From Eledone cirrhosa (lineage: Eukaryota): a stretch of DNA of 64,000 nucleotides. Below, piece by piece: positions 1 through 11,634 of this stretch (within the stretch, counting starts at the first letter, position 1; every line of letters begins with the position of its first letter). A program made the translations under genes and the position numbers. The stretch is from positions 260,586,001 to 260,650,000 of the forward strand of contig OZ024741.1 in NCBI GenBank assembly GCA_964016885.1, written 5' to 3'. The notes under the pieces are model-generated. The model worked only from the letters and a program-made list of their open reading frames with translations. It ran no database searches and was not told where the DNA came from.

Positions 1-196
1 TACGAGTGTTTTGACTTACGAGTGTTTTGACTTAAGGGTGTTTCGACTTACGAGTATTTTTGGATTACGAGTGTTTCGACTTACGAGTGTTTTGACTTAC
101 GAGTGTTCTGATTTACGGATGTTTCGACATACGAGTGTTTCGACTTACGAGTGTTTCGACTTATGAGTGTTTCGACTTACCAGTGTTTCGGCTTAT

Positions 197-475
197 GAGT
201 GTTTCGACTTATGAGTGTTTCGGCTTACGTGAGTTTCGACTTAAGAGTGTTCTGATTTACGAGTGTTCTGACTTGCGGGTGTTCTGATTTACGAATGTTC
301 CGACTTACGAGTGTTTCGTCTTATGAGTGTTTCGACTTACGAGTGTTTCGGCTTACGAGTGTTTCGACTTATGAGTGTTTCGGCTTACGTGAGTTTCGAC
401 TTAAGAGTGTTCTGATTTACGAGTGTTCTGACTTGCGGGTGTTCTGATTTACGAATGTTCCGACTTACGAGTGTT
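197..475 (+). repeat. Local 160-bp (10-monomer) period duplication
   Basis: 197-315 matches 357-475, including the rare monomers CGTGAGTTTC, TTAAGAG, TTGCGGG and GATTTACGAATG. Confidence 0.85.
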
Positions 476-1899
476 AAGACTTACGGGTGTTTTGACATAC
501 GAGTGTTTCGATACGAGTGTTTCGACTTACGAGTGTTACGAGTGTTCTGACTTACGACTGTTCTGACTTACGAGTGTTCTGACTTACGAGCGTTCTGACT
601 TACGAGTGTTCCGACTTACGAGCGTTCCGACTTACGAGTGTTTCGGCTTACAAGTGTTCCGACTTACGAGTGATTCGACTTACGAGTGTTTTGACTTACG
701 GTGTTTCTGCTTACGAGTGTTTCGACTTACGAGTGTTAAGACTTACGGGTGTTTTGACATACGAGTGTTTCGATACGAGTGTTTCGACTTACGAGTGTTA
801 CGAGTGTTCTAACTTACGAGTGATTCGACTTACGGGTGTTCTGACCTACAAGTGTTCTGACTTACGGGTGTTTCGACTTACGATTGTTTTTTTCACTTAC
901 GGGTGTTTCGACTTACGCGTGTTTCGATTTACGAGTGTTTAGACTTACGAGTGTTTCGACTACGAATGTTCCGACTTACGAGTGTTTCGACTTACGAGTG
1001 TTTCGACTTACGGGTGTTCCGACTTGCGAGTGTTTCGGCTTACGATTGTTTCGACTTACGGGTGTTTTGACTTACGGTGTTTCGGCTTACGAGTGTGTTG
1101 ACTTACGAGTGTTTTGACTTACGGGTGTTTTGACATAGGAGTGTTTCGATACGAGTGTTCTGACTTACGAGTGTTCTGACTTACGAGTGTTCTGACTTAC
1201 GAGTGGTCTGACTTACGGGTGTTCTGACTTACGAGTGTTCCGACTTACGAGTGTTTCAGCTTATGAGTGTTTCGACTTACGAGTGCTTCGGTTTACGAGT
1301 GTTTCGACTTACGAGTGTTTTGACTTATGGTGTTTCGGCTTACGAGTGTTTCGACATACGAGTGTTTTGACTTACGGGTGTTTCGACTTACGGGTGTTTC
1401 GACGTAAGAGTGTTTCGACTTACGAGCGCTTCGACATACGAGTGTTTTGACTTACGAGTGTTTCGGCGTACGAGTGTTTTGACTTACGAGTGTTTCGACT
1501 TACGAGTGCTTTGACTTACGAATGTTTTGAATTACTTCGACTTACGAGTGATCTGACTTTCGAGTGTTCCTACTTAGGAGTGTTTCGACTTACGAGTGTT
1601 TCGACTTGCGAGTGTTTCGACTTACGAGTGTTTCGACTTACGAGTGTTCTGACTTACGAGTGTTCTGACTTACGAGTGTTCCGACTTACGAGTGTTTTGA
1701 CTTACGAATGTTCTGACTTACGGGTGTTTCGCCTTACGAGTGTTTCGACTTACGAGTGTTTTAACTTACGGGTGTTTCGACTTACGCGTGTTTCGACTTA
1801 CCAGTGTTTCGACTTACGAGTGTTTCGACTTACGAATGTTCCGACTTACGAGTGTTTCTACTTACGAGTGTTTCGGCTTACGAGTGTTTCGACTTACGA

Positions 1900-1968
1900 A
1901 AATAACAAATAGACGCGGTTTCAAATATCTATGCTTTTCAAATTCATTACATTAATCTTTATTTATAC
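1900..1968. repeat. 69-bp AT-rich island, copy 1 (type A: caaAt / aaTATct / atgCtt)
   Basis: AAATAACAAATAGACGCGGTTTCAAATATCTATGCTTTTCAAATTCATTACATTAATCTTTATTTATAC lies between GACTTACGA and GTTTCGCTTTACGAG; 16 of 69 bases are G+C. Confidence 0.95.
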
Positions 1969-4154
1969 GTTTCGCTTTACGAGTGTTTCGGCGTACGAGT
2001 GTTTCGACTTACGAGTGTTTTAACTTACGGTTGTTTCGACTTACCCGTTTTTCGACTACGAATGTTCCGACTTACGAGTGTTTCGACTTACGAGTGTTTC
2101 GACTTACGAGTGCTTTGACTTACGAATGTTTTGACTTACTTCGACTTACGAGTGATCTGACTTACGAGTGTTCCTACTTACGAGTGTTTCGACTTACGAA
2201 TGTTTCGACTTGCGAGTGTTTCGACTTACGAGTGTTTCGGCTTACGAGTGTTTCGGTGTTTCGGTTTACGAATGTTTCGACTTACGAGTGTTTCGACTTA
2301 CGAGTGTTTTGGATTATGTGTGTTTCGACTTACGAGTGCTTCGGCTTACGAGTGTTTCGACTTACGAGTATTTCGGCTTACGAGTGTTTCGACGTACGAA
2401 TGTTTTGGCATACGAGTGTTTCGGCTTATGAGTGCTTCGGCTTACGAGTGTTTCGACTTACGAGTGTTTCGGCTTACGAGTGTTTCAGTGTTTCGGCTTA
2501 CGTGTGTTTCGACTTACGAGTGTTTCGACTTACGACTGTTTCGGCTTACGAGTGTTTCGGCTTACGAGTGTTTCGGCTTACGAGTGTTTTGACTTACGAG
2601 TGTTTTGATTTACGATTGTTTGGCTTACGAGTGTTCTGACTTACGGGTGTTCTGACTTACGAGTGTTCCGACTTACGAGTGTTTCGGCTTATGACGGTTT
2701 CGACTTAGGAGTGCTTCGACTTACGAGTGTTTCGACTTACGAGTGTTTCGGCTTACGAGTGTTTCGACTTCCGAGTGTTTTGACTTACGGTGTTTCGGCT
2801 TACGAGTGATTCGACTTACGAGTGTTCCGACTTACGAGTGTTTCGGCTTATGACGGTTTCGACTTACGAGTGATTCGACTTACGAGTGTTCCGACTTACG
2901 AGTGTTTCGGCTTATTAGTGTTTCGACTTACGAGTGTTTCGGCTTACGAGTGTTTCGACTTATGGGTGTTTCGACTTACGAGTGTTTTTACTTACGGTGT
3001 TTCGGCTTACGAGTGTTTCGACATACGAGTGTTTTGACTTACGGGTGTTTCGACTTACGAGTGTTTTGACTTACGAATGTTTTGACTTACGGGTGTTTCG
3101 GCTTACGAGTGTTTCGACTTACGAGTGTTTCGGCTTACGAGTGTTTCGACTTACTAATGTTCTTACTTACGAGTGTTTCGGCGTACGAGAGTTTTGACTT
3201 ACGAGTGTTTCGACTTACGAGTGTTTTGACTTACGAATGTTTTGACTTACGGGTGTTTCGGCTTACGAGTGTTTCGACTTACGAGTCTTTCGGCTTACGA
3301 GTGTTTCGACTTACTAATGTTTTTACTTACGAGTGTTTCGGCGTACGAGTGTTTTGACTTAAGGGTGTTTCGACTTACGAGTATTTCTGGCTTACGAGTG
3401 TTTCGACTTACGAGTGTTTTGACTTACGAGTGTTCTGATTTACGGATGTTTCGACATACGAGTGTTTCGACTTACGAGTGTTTCGACTCATGAGTGTTTC
3501 GACTTACGAGTGTTTCGGCTTATGAGTGTTTCGACTTACGAGTGCTTCGGCTTACGAGTGTTTCGACTTACGAGTATTTCGGCTTACGAGTGTTTCGACG
3601 TACGAATGTTTTGGCTTACGAGTGTTTCGGCTTATGAGTGTTTCGGCTTACGAGTGTTTCGACTTACGAGTGTTTCGGCTTACGAGTGTTTCAGTGTTTC
3701 GGCTTACGTGTGTTTCGACTTACGAGTGTTTCGACTTACGACTGTTTCGGCTTACGAGTGTATCGGCTTAAGAGTGTTTCGGCTTACGAGTGTTTTGACT
3801 TACGAGTGTTTTGACTTACGATTGTTTGGCTTACGAGTGTTCTGACTTACGGGTGTTCTGACTTACGAGTGTTCCGACTTACGAGTGTTTCGGCTTACGA
3901 GTGTTTCGGCTTACGAGTGTTTCGACTTACGAGTGTTTCGACTTACAGGTGTTTCGACTTACGAGTGGTTTGGCTTACGGTGTTTCGGCTTACGAGTGTT
4001 TCGAGTTACGAGTGTTTTGACTTACGCGTGTTTTGACATACGAGTGTTTCGATACGAGTGTTCTGACTTACGAGTGTTCTGACTTACGAGTGTTCCGACT
4101 TTACGAGTGTTTCGGCTCACGAGTGTTTCGGCTTACGAGTGTTTCGACTTACGA

Positions 4155-4223
4155 AAATAACAAATAGACGCGGTTTCAAATCTCTATGATTTTCAAATTC
4201 ATTACATTAATCTTTATTTATAC
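4155..4223. repeat. 69-bp AT-rich island, copy 2 (type B: caaAt / aaTCTct / atgAtt)
   Basis: Same junctions as copy 1, with two substitutions relative to it. Confidence 0.95.
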
Positions 4224-6519
4224 GTTTCGCTTTACGAGTGTTTCGACTTACGAGTGTTTCGACATACGAGTGCTTCGACTTCCGAATGTTTTTGCTTACG
4301 GGTGTTTCGACTTACGAATGTTTCGGCTTACGAGTGTTTCGGCTTACGAGTGTTCCGACTTAGGAGTGTTTCGGCTTACGAGTGTTTCCGGCTTACGAGT
4401 GTTTCGACTTACGAGTGTTTCGACTTACGGGTGTTCCGACTTACGAGTGTTTCAGTTTACGAGTGTTTCGACATACGAGTGTTTTGACTTACGGGTGTTT
4501 CGACTTACGGGTGTTTCGACTTACGAGTGTTTCGGCTTACGAGAGTTTCGACTTACTAATGTTTTTACTTACGAGTGTTTCGGTGTACGAATGTTTTGAC
4601 TTAAGGATGTTTCGACTTACGAGTGTTTTGACTTACGGTGTTTCGGCTTACGAGTGATTCGACTTACGAGTGTTTTGACTTACGGGTGTTTTGACTTACG
4701 GGTGTTGTGAATTACCAGTGTTCCGATTTACGAGTGTTTTGACTTACGGTGTTTCGGCTTGCGAGTGTTTTGACTTACGAGTGTTTCGACTTACGAGTGT
4801 TTTGACTTACGAATGTTTTGACTTACGGGTGTTTCGTCTTACGGGTGTTTCGACTTACGAGTGTTTCGACTTACGAGTGTTCTGACTTACGAGTGTTCTG
4901 ACTTACGAGTGTTCTGACTTACGAGTGTTCCGACTTACGAGTGTTTCGGTTTACGAGTGTTTCGACATACGTGTGTTTTGACTTACGGGTGTTTCGACTT
5001 ACGGGTGTTTCTACTTACGAGTGTTTCGGCTTACGAGAGTTTCGACTTACTAATGTTTTTACTTACGAGTGTTTCGGTGTACGAATGTTTTGACTTACTA
5101 ATGTTTCGACTTACGAGTGTTTCGACTTACGAGTGTTTCGGCTTACGTGAGTTTCGACTTAAGAGTGTTCTGATTTACGAGTGTTCTGACTTGCGGGTGT
5201 TCTGATTTACGAGTGTTCCGACTTACGAGTGTTTCGGCTTATGAGTGTTTCGACTTACGAGTGTTTCGGCTTACGAGTGTTTCGACTTATGGGTGTTTCG
5301 ACTTACGAGTGTTTTTACTTACAGTGTTTCGGCTTACGAGTGTTTCGACATACGAGTGTTTTGACTTACGGGTGTTTCGGCTTACGAGTGTTTCGACTTA
5401 CGAGTGTTTCGGCTTACGAGTGTTTCGATTACTAATGTTTTTACTTACGAGTGTTTCGGCGTACGAGAGTTTTGACTTACGAGTGTTTCGACTTACGAGT
5501 GTTTTGACTTACGAATGTTTTGACTTACGGGTGTTTCGGCTTATGAGTGTTTCGACTTACGAGTCTTTCGGCTTACGAGTGTTTCGACTTACTAATGTTT
5601 TTACTTACGAGTGTTTCGGCGTACGAGTGTTTCGACTTACGAGTGTTTCGACTTACGGGTGTTTTGACTTACGGGTGTTTCGGCTTACGAGTGTTTCGAC
5701 TTACGAGTGTTTTGACTTAAGGGTGTTTCGACTTACGAATATTTTTGGCTTACGAGTGTTTCGACTTACGAGTGTTTCGACTTACGAGTGTTTCGGCTTA
5801 CGATTGTTTCGACTTACGAGTGTTTCGGTTTACGAGTGTTTCGACTTATGAGTGTTTCGACTTACGAGTGTTTCGGCTTACGAGTGTTTCGACTTATGGG
5901 TGTTTCGACTTACGAGTGTTTTTACTTACGGTGTTTCGGCTTACGAGTGTTTCGACATACGAGTGTTTTGACTTACGGGTGTTTCGGCTTACGATTGTTT
6001 CGACTTACGAGTGTTTCGGTTTACGAGTGTTTCGGCTTATGAGTGTTTCGACTTACGAGTGTTTCGGCTTACGAGTGTTTCGACTTATGGGTGTTTCGAC
6101 TTACGAGTGTTTTTACTTACGGTGTTTCGGCTTACGAGTGTTTCGACATACGAGTGTTTTGACTTACGGGTGTTTCGGCTTACGAGTGTTTCGACTTACG
6201 AGTGTTTCGGCTTACGAGTGTTTCGACTTACTAATGTTTTTACTTACGAGTGTTTCGGCGTACGAGAGTTTTGACTTACGAGTGTTTCGACTTACGAGTG
6301 TTTTGACTTACGAATGTTTTGACTTACGGGTGTTTCGGCTTATGAGTGTTTCGACTTACGAGTGTTTCGGCTTACGAGTGTTTCGACTTACTAATGTTTT
6401 TACTTACGAGTGTTTCGGCGTACGAGTGTTTCGACTTACGAGTGTTTCGACTTACGGGTGTTTTGACTTACGGGTGTTTCGGCTTACGAGTGTTTCGACT
6501 TACGAGTGTTTTGACTTAC

Positions 6520-8850
6520 GAGTGTTCTGATTTACGGATGTTTCGACATACGAGTGTTTCGACTTACGAGTGTTTCGACTTATGAGTGTTTCGACTTACG
6601 AGTGTTTCGGCTTACGAGTGTTTCGACTTACGAGTGTTTTGACTTACGGTGTTTCGGCTTACGAGTGTTTCGACTTACGAGTGTTTTGACTTACGGGTGT
6701 TTTGACATACGAGTGTTTCGATACGAGTGTTCTGACTTACGAGTGTTCTGACTTACGAGTGTTTTGACTTACGAGTGTTCTGACTTACGAGTGTTCCGAC
6801 TTACGAGTGTTCCGACTTACGAGTGTTTCGGCTTACGAGTGTTTCCGGCTTACGAGTGTTTCGACTTACGAGTGTTTTGACTTACGGTGTTTCGGCTTAC
6901 GAGTGATTCGACTTACGAGTGTTTTGACTTACGGGTGATTTGACTTACGGGTGTTGTGAATTACGAGTGTTCCGATTTACGAGTGTTTTGACTTACGGTG
7001 TTTCGGCTTACGAGTGATTCGACTTACGAATGTTTTGACTTACGGGTGTTTCGGCTTGCGAGTGTTTCGACTTACGAGTGTTTCGGCTTATGGGTGTTTC
7101 GACTTACTAATGTTTTTACTTACGACTGTTTCGGCGTACGAGTGTTTTGACTTACGAGTGTTTCGACTTACGAGTGTTTCGGCTTACGAGTGTTTCGACT
7201 TACTAATGTTTTTACTTACGAGTGTTTCGGCGTACGAGAGTTTTGACTTACGACTGTTTCGACTTACGAGTGTTTTGACTTACGAATGTTTTGACTTACG
7301 GGTGTTTCGGCTTATGAGTGTTTCGACTTACGAGTCTTTCGGCTTACGAGTGTTTCGACTTACTAATGTTTTTACTTACGAGTGTTTCGGCGTACGAGTG
7401 TTTCGACTTACGAGTGTTTCGACTTATGGGTGTTTTGAATTACGGGTGTTTCGGCTTACGAGTGTTTCGAATTACGAGTGTTTTGACTTAAGGGTGTTTC
7501 GACTTACGAGTATTTTTGGCTTACGAGTGTTTCGACTTACGAGTGTCTCGACTTACGAGTGTTTCGGCTTACGATTGTTTCGACTTACGAGTGTTTCGAC
7601 TTATGGGTGTTTCGACTTACGAGTGTTTTTACTTACGGTGTTTCGGCTTACGAGTGTTTCGACATACGAGTGTTTTGACTTACGGGTGTTTCGGCTTACG
7701 AGTGTTTCGACTTACGAGTGTTTCGGCTTACGAGTGTTTCGACTTACTAATGTTTTTACTTACGAGTGTTTCGGCGTACGAGAGTTTTGACTTACGAGTG
7801 TTTCGACTTACGAGTGTTTTGACTTACGAATGTTTTGACTTACGGGTGTTTCGGCTTATGAGTGTTTCGACTTACGAGTGTTCTGATTTACGGATGTTTC
7901 GACATACGAGTGTTTCGACTTACGAGTGTTTCGACTTATGAGTGTTTCGACTTACGAGTGTTTCGGCTTACGAGTGTTTCGACTTACGAGTGTTTTGACT
8001 TACGGTGTTTCGGCTTACGAGTGTTTCGACTTACGAGTGTTTTGACTTACGGGTGTTTTGACATACGAGTGTTTCGATAGGAGTGTTCTGACTTACGAGT
8101 GTTCTGACTTACGAGTGTTTTGACTTACGAGTGTTCTGACTTACGAGTGTTCCGACTTACGAGTGTTCCGACTTACGAGTGTTTCGGCTTACGAGTGTTT
8201 CCGGCTTACGAGTGTTTCGACTTACGAGTGTTTTGACTTACGGTGTTTCGGCTTACGAGTGATTCGACTTACGAGTGTTTTGACTTACGGGTGTTTCGGC
8301 TTGCGAGTGTTTCGACTTACGAGTGTTTCGGCTTATGGGTGTTTCGACTTACTAATGTTTTTACTTACGACTGTTTCGGCGTACGAGTGTTTTGACTTAC
8401 GAGTGTTTCGACTTACGAGTGTTATGGCTTACGAGTGTTTCGACTTACTAATGTTTTTACTTACGAGTGTTTCGGCGTACGAGAGTTTTGACTTACGACT
8501 GTTTCGACTTACGAGTGTTTTGACTTACGAATGTTTTGACTTACGGGTGTTTCGGCTTATGAGTGTTTCGACTTACGAGTCTTTCGGCTTACGAGTGTTT
8601 CGACTTACTAATGTTTTTACTTACGAGTGTTTCGGCGTACGAGTGTTTCGACTTACGAGTGTTTCGACTTACGGGTGTTTTGACTTACGGGTGTTTCGGC
8701 TTACGAGTGTTTCGAATTACGAGTGTTTTGACTTAAGGGTGTTTCGACTTACGAGTATTTTTGGCTTACGAGTGTTTCGACTCACGAGTGTCTCGACTTA
8801 CGAGTGTTTCGGCTTACGATTGTTTCGACTTACGAGTGTTTCGGTTTACG
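6520..8850 (+). repeat. ~1.25-1.36 kb tandem duplication of variant monomer order
   Basis: TTTACGGATG occurs at 6531 and 7887 (offset 1356). TCGGCTTGCG at 7051/8296 and TCTCGAC at 7546/8791 give offset 1245 after an internal deletion. Confidence 0.75.
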
Positions 8851-11565
8851 AGTGTTTCGACTTACGGGTGTTTTGACATACGATTGTTTGGGCTTACGAA
8901 TGTTTCGACTTACGAGTGTTTCGACTTACGAGTGTTTTGACTTATGGTGTTTCGGCTTACGAGTGTTTTGACTTACGAGTGTTTTGACTTACGGGTGTTT
9001 TGACATACGATTGTTTCGATACGAGTGTTCTGACTTACGAGTGTTCTGACTTACGAGTGGTCTGACTTACGGGTGTTCTGACTTACGAGTGTTCCGACTT
9101 ACGAGTGTTTCGACTTACGAATGTTTTGGCTTACGAGTGTTTCGGCTTACGAGTGTTTCGGCTTATGAGTGTTTCGACTTACGAGTGTTTTGACTTATGG
9201 TGTTTCGGCTTACGAGTGTTTCGACATACGAGTGTTTTGACTTACGGGTGTTTCGACTTACGGGTGTTTCGACGTAAGATTGCTCTGACTTACGAGTGTT
9301 CTGACTTACGAGTGTTCTGACTTACGAGTGTTCTGACTTACGGGTGTTCTGACTTACGTGTGTTCCGACTTACGAGTGTTTCGGTTATGGGTGTTTCGAC
9401 TTACGAGTGTTTCGACTTACGAATGTTTTGGCTTACGAGTGTTTCGGCTTACGAATGTTTCGACTTACGAATGTTTTGGCTTACGAGTGTTTCGGCTTAC
9501 GGGTGTTTCGACTTACGAGTGTTTTGACTTACGGTGTTTCGGCTTACGATTTATTCGACATACGAGTGTTTCGACTTACGGGTGTTTCGACTTACGGGTG
9601 TTTCGACTTACGAGTGTTTCGACTTATGAGTGTTTCGACTTACGAGTGTTCTGACTTACGAGTGTTCAGACTTACGAGTGTTCCGACTTACGAGTGTTTC
9701 GGTTTACGAGTGATTCGACATACGAGTGTTTTGACTTACGGGTGTTTCGACTTACGGGTGTTTCGACTTACGAATGTTTCGGCTTACGAGTGTTTCGACT
9801 TACTAATGTTTTTACTTACGAGTATTTCGGTGTACGAGAGTTTCGACTTAAGGATGTTTCGACTTACGAGTGTTTCGACTTACGTGTGTTTCGGCTTACG
9901 TGAGTTTCGACTTAAGAGTGTTCTGATTTACGAGTGTTCTGACTTGCGGGTGTTCTGATTTACGAGTGTTCCGACTTACGAGTGTTTCGGCTTATGAGTG
10001 TTTCGACTTACGAGTGTTTCGGCTTACGAATGTTTCGACTTATGGGTGTTTCGACTTACGAGTATTTTTACTTATGGTGTTTCGGCTTACGAGTGTTTCG
10101 ACATACGAGTGTTCAGACTTACGAGTGTTCCGACTTACGAGCGTTCCGACTTACGAGTGTTTCGACTTACGAGTGTTAAGACTTCCGGGTGTTTTGACAT
10201 ACGAGTGTTTCGATACGAGTGTTTCGACTTACGAGTGTTACGAGTGTTCTGACTTATGAGTGTTCTGACTTACGAGTGTTCTGACTTACGAGTGTTCTGA
10301 CTTACGAGTGTTCTGACTTACGAGTGTTCTGACTTACGAGTGTTCCGACTTACGAGTGTTTCGGCTTACGAGTGTTTTGACTTACGAGTGTTGTGACTTA
10401 CGAGTGTTCCTACTTACGAGCGTTCCGACTTACGAGTGTTTCGGCTTACAAGTGTTCCGACTTACGAGTGTTTCGACTTACGAGTGTTTTGACTTACGGT
10501 GTTTCTGCTTACGAGTGTTTCGACTTACGAGTGTTAAGACTTACGGGTGTTTTGACATACGAGTGTTTCGATACGAGTGTTTCGACTTACGAGTGTTACG
10601 AGTGTTCTGACTTACGAGTGTTTCGACTTACGAGCGCTTCGACTTACGAGTGTTTCGACTTACGAGTGTTTCGGCGTATGAGTGTTTTGACTTACGAGTG
10701 TTTCGACTTACGAGTGTTTCGACTTACGAGTGTTTCGACTTACGAGTGTTTCGACTTACGAGTGTTTTGACTTACGAGTGTTTTGACTAACGGTGTTTCT
10801 GCTTACGAGTGTCTCGACTTACGAGTGTTATGACTTACGTGTGTTTTGACATACGAGTGTTTCGATACGAGTGTTTCGACTTACGAGTGTTACGAGTGTT
10901 CTGACTTACGAGTGTTTCGACTTACGAGTGTTCTGACCTACGAGTGTTCTGACTTACGAGTGTTTCGACTTACGAGTGTTTTGAATTACGGCTGTTTCGA
11001 CTTACGAGTGTTTCGAGTTACGAGTGTTTCGAGTTACGAGTGTTTCGACTTACGAGTGTTTTTACTTACGAATGTTCTGAATTACGGGTGTTTCGGCTTA
11101 CGAGTGTTTCGACTTACGAGTGTTTTAACTTACGGGTGTTTCTACTTACGCGTGTTTCGACTTGCAAGTGTTTCGACTTACGAGTGTTTCGACTTGCAAG
11201 TGTTTCGACTTACGAGTGTTTCGACTACGAATGTTCCGACTTACGAGTGTTTCGACTTACGAGTGTTTCGACTTACGAGTGTTCTGACTTACGGGTGTTC
11301 CGACTTACGAGTGTTTCGGCTTACGATTGTTTTGACTTACCATTGTTTTGGCTTACGAATGTTTCGACTTACGAGTGTTTCGGCTTACGAGTGTTTCGAA
11401 TTACGAGTGTTTCGACATACGAGTGTTTTGACTTACCGTGTTTCGGCTTACGAGTGTTTCGACTTACGAGTGTTTAAACTTACGGGTGTTTCGACTTACG
11501 AATGTTCCGACTTACGAGTGTTTCGACTTACGAGTGTTTCGGCTTACGAGTGTTTCGACTTACGA

Positions 11566-11634
11566 AAATAACAAGTAGACGCGGTTTCAAATATCTATGC
11601 TTTTCAAATTCATTACATTAATCTTTATTTATAC
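11566..11634. repeat. 69-bp AT-rich island, copy 3 (type C: caaGt / aaTATct / atgCtt)
   Basis: Same junctions as copy 1, with one substitution relative to it. Confidence 0.95.

Noticed and set aside
1900-1968. 69-bp island as an independently inserting MITE/SINE or a tRNA/ncRNA gene
   Set aside because: It has no TSD, only a 6-bp inverted match, no A/B boxes and no cloverleaf. Identical junctions in all 9 copies indicate passive co-duplication.
3148-3165. bZIP-like sites in variant monomers (TTACTAA, TGACTTA, GACGTA, TTACGT)
   Set aside because: These are one or two substitutions from the consensus and expected by chance. With no promoter or gene context, no regulatory role can be supported.
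4186-4599. ORF starting MIFKFITLIFIYTF (also 59308 and 62898), resembling a signal peptide fused to repeats
   Set aside because: The hydrophobic N-terminus is what AT-rich island DNA encodes by default, and the downstream frames and lengths differ among copies (137 vs 110 aa). The copy at ~46979 is shortened by a 1-bp deletion near 47153.
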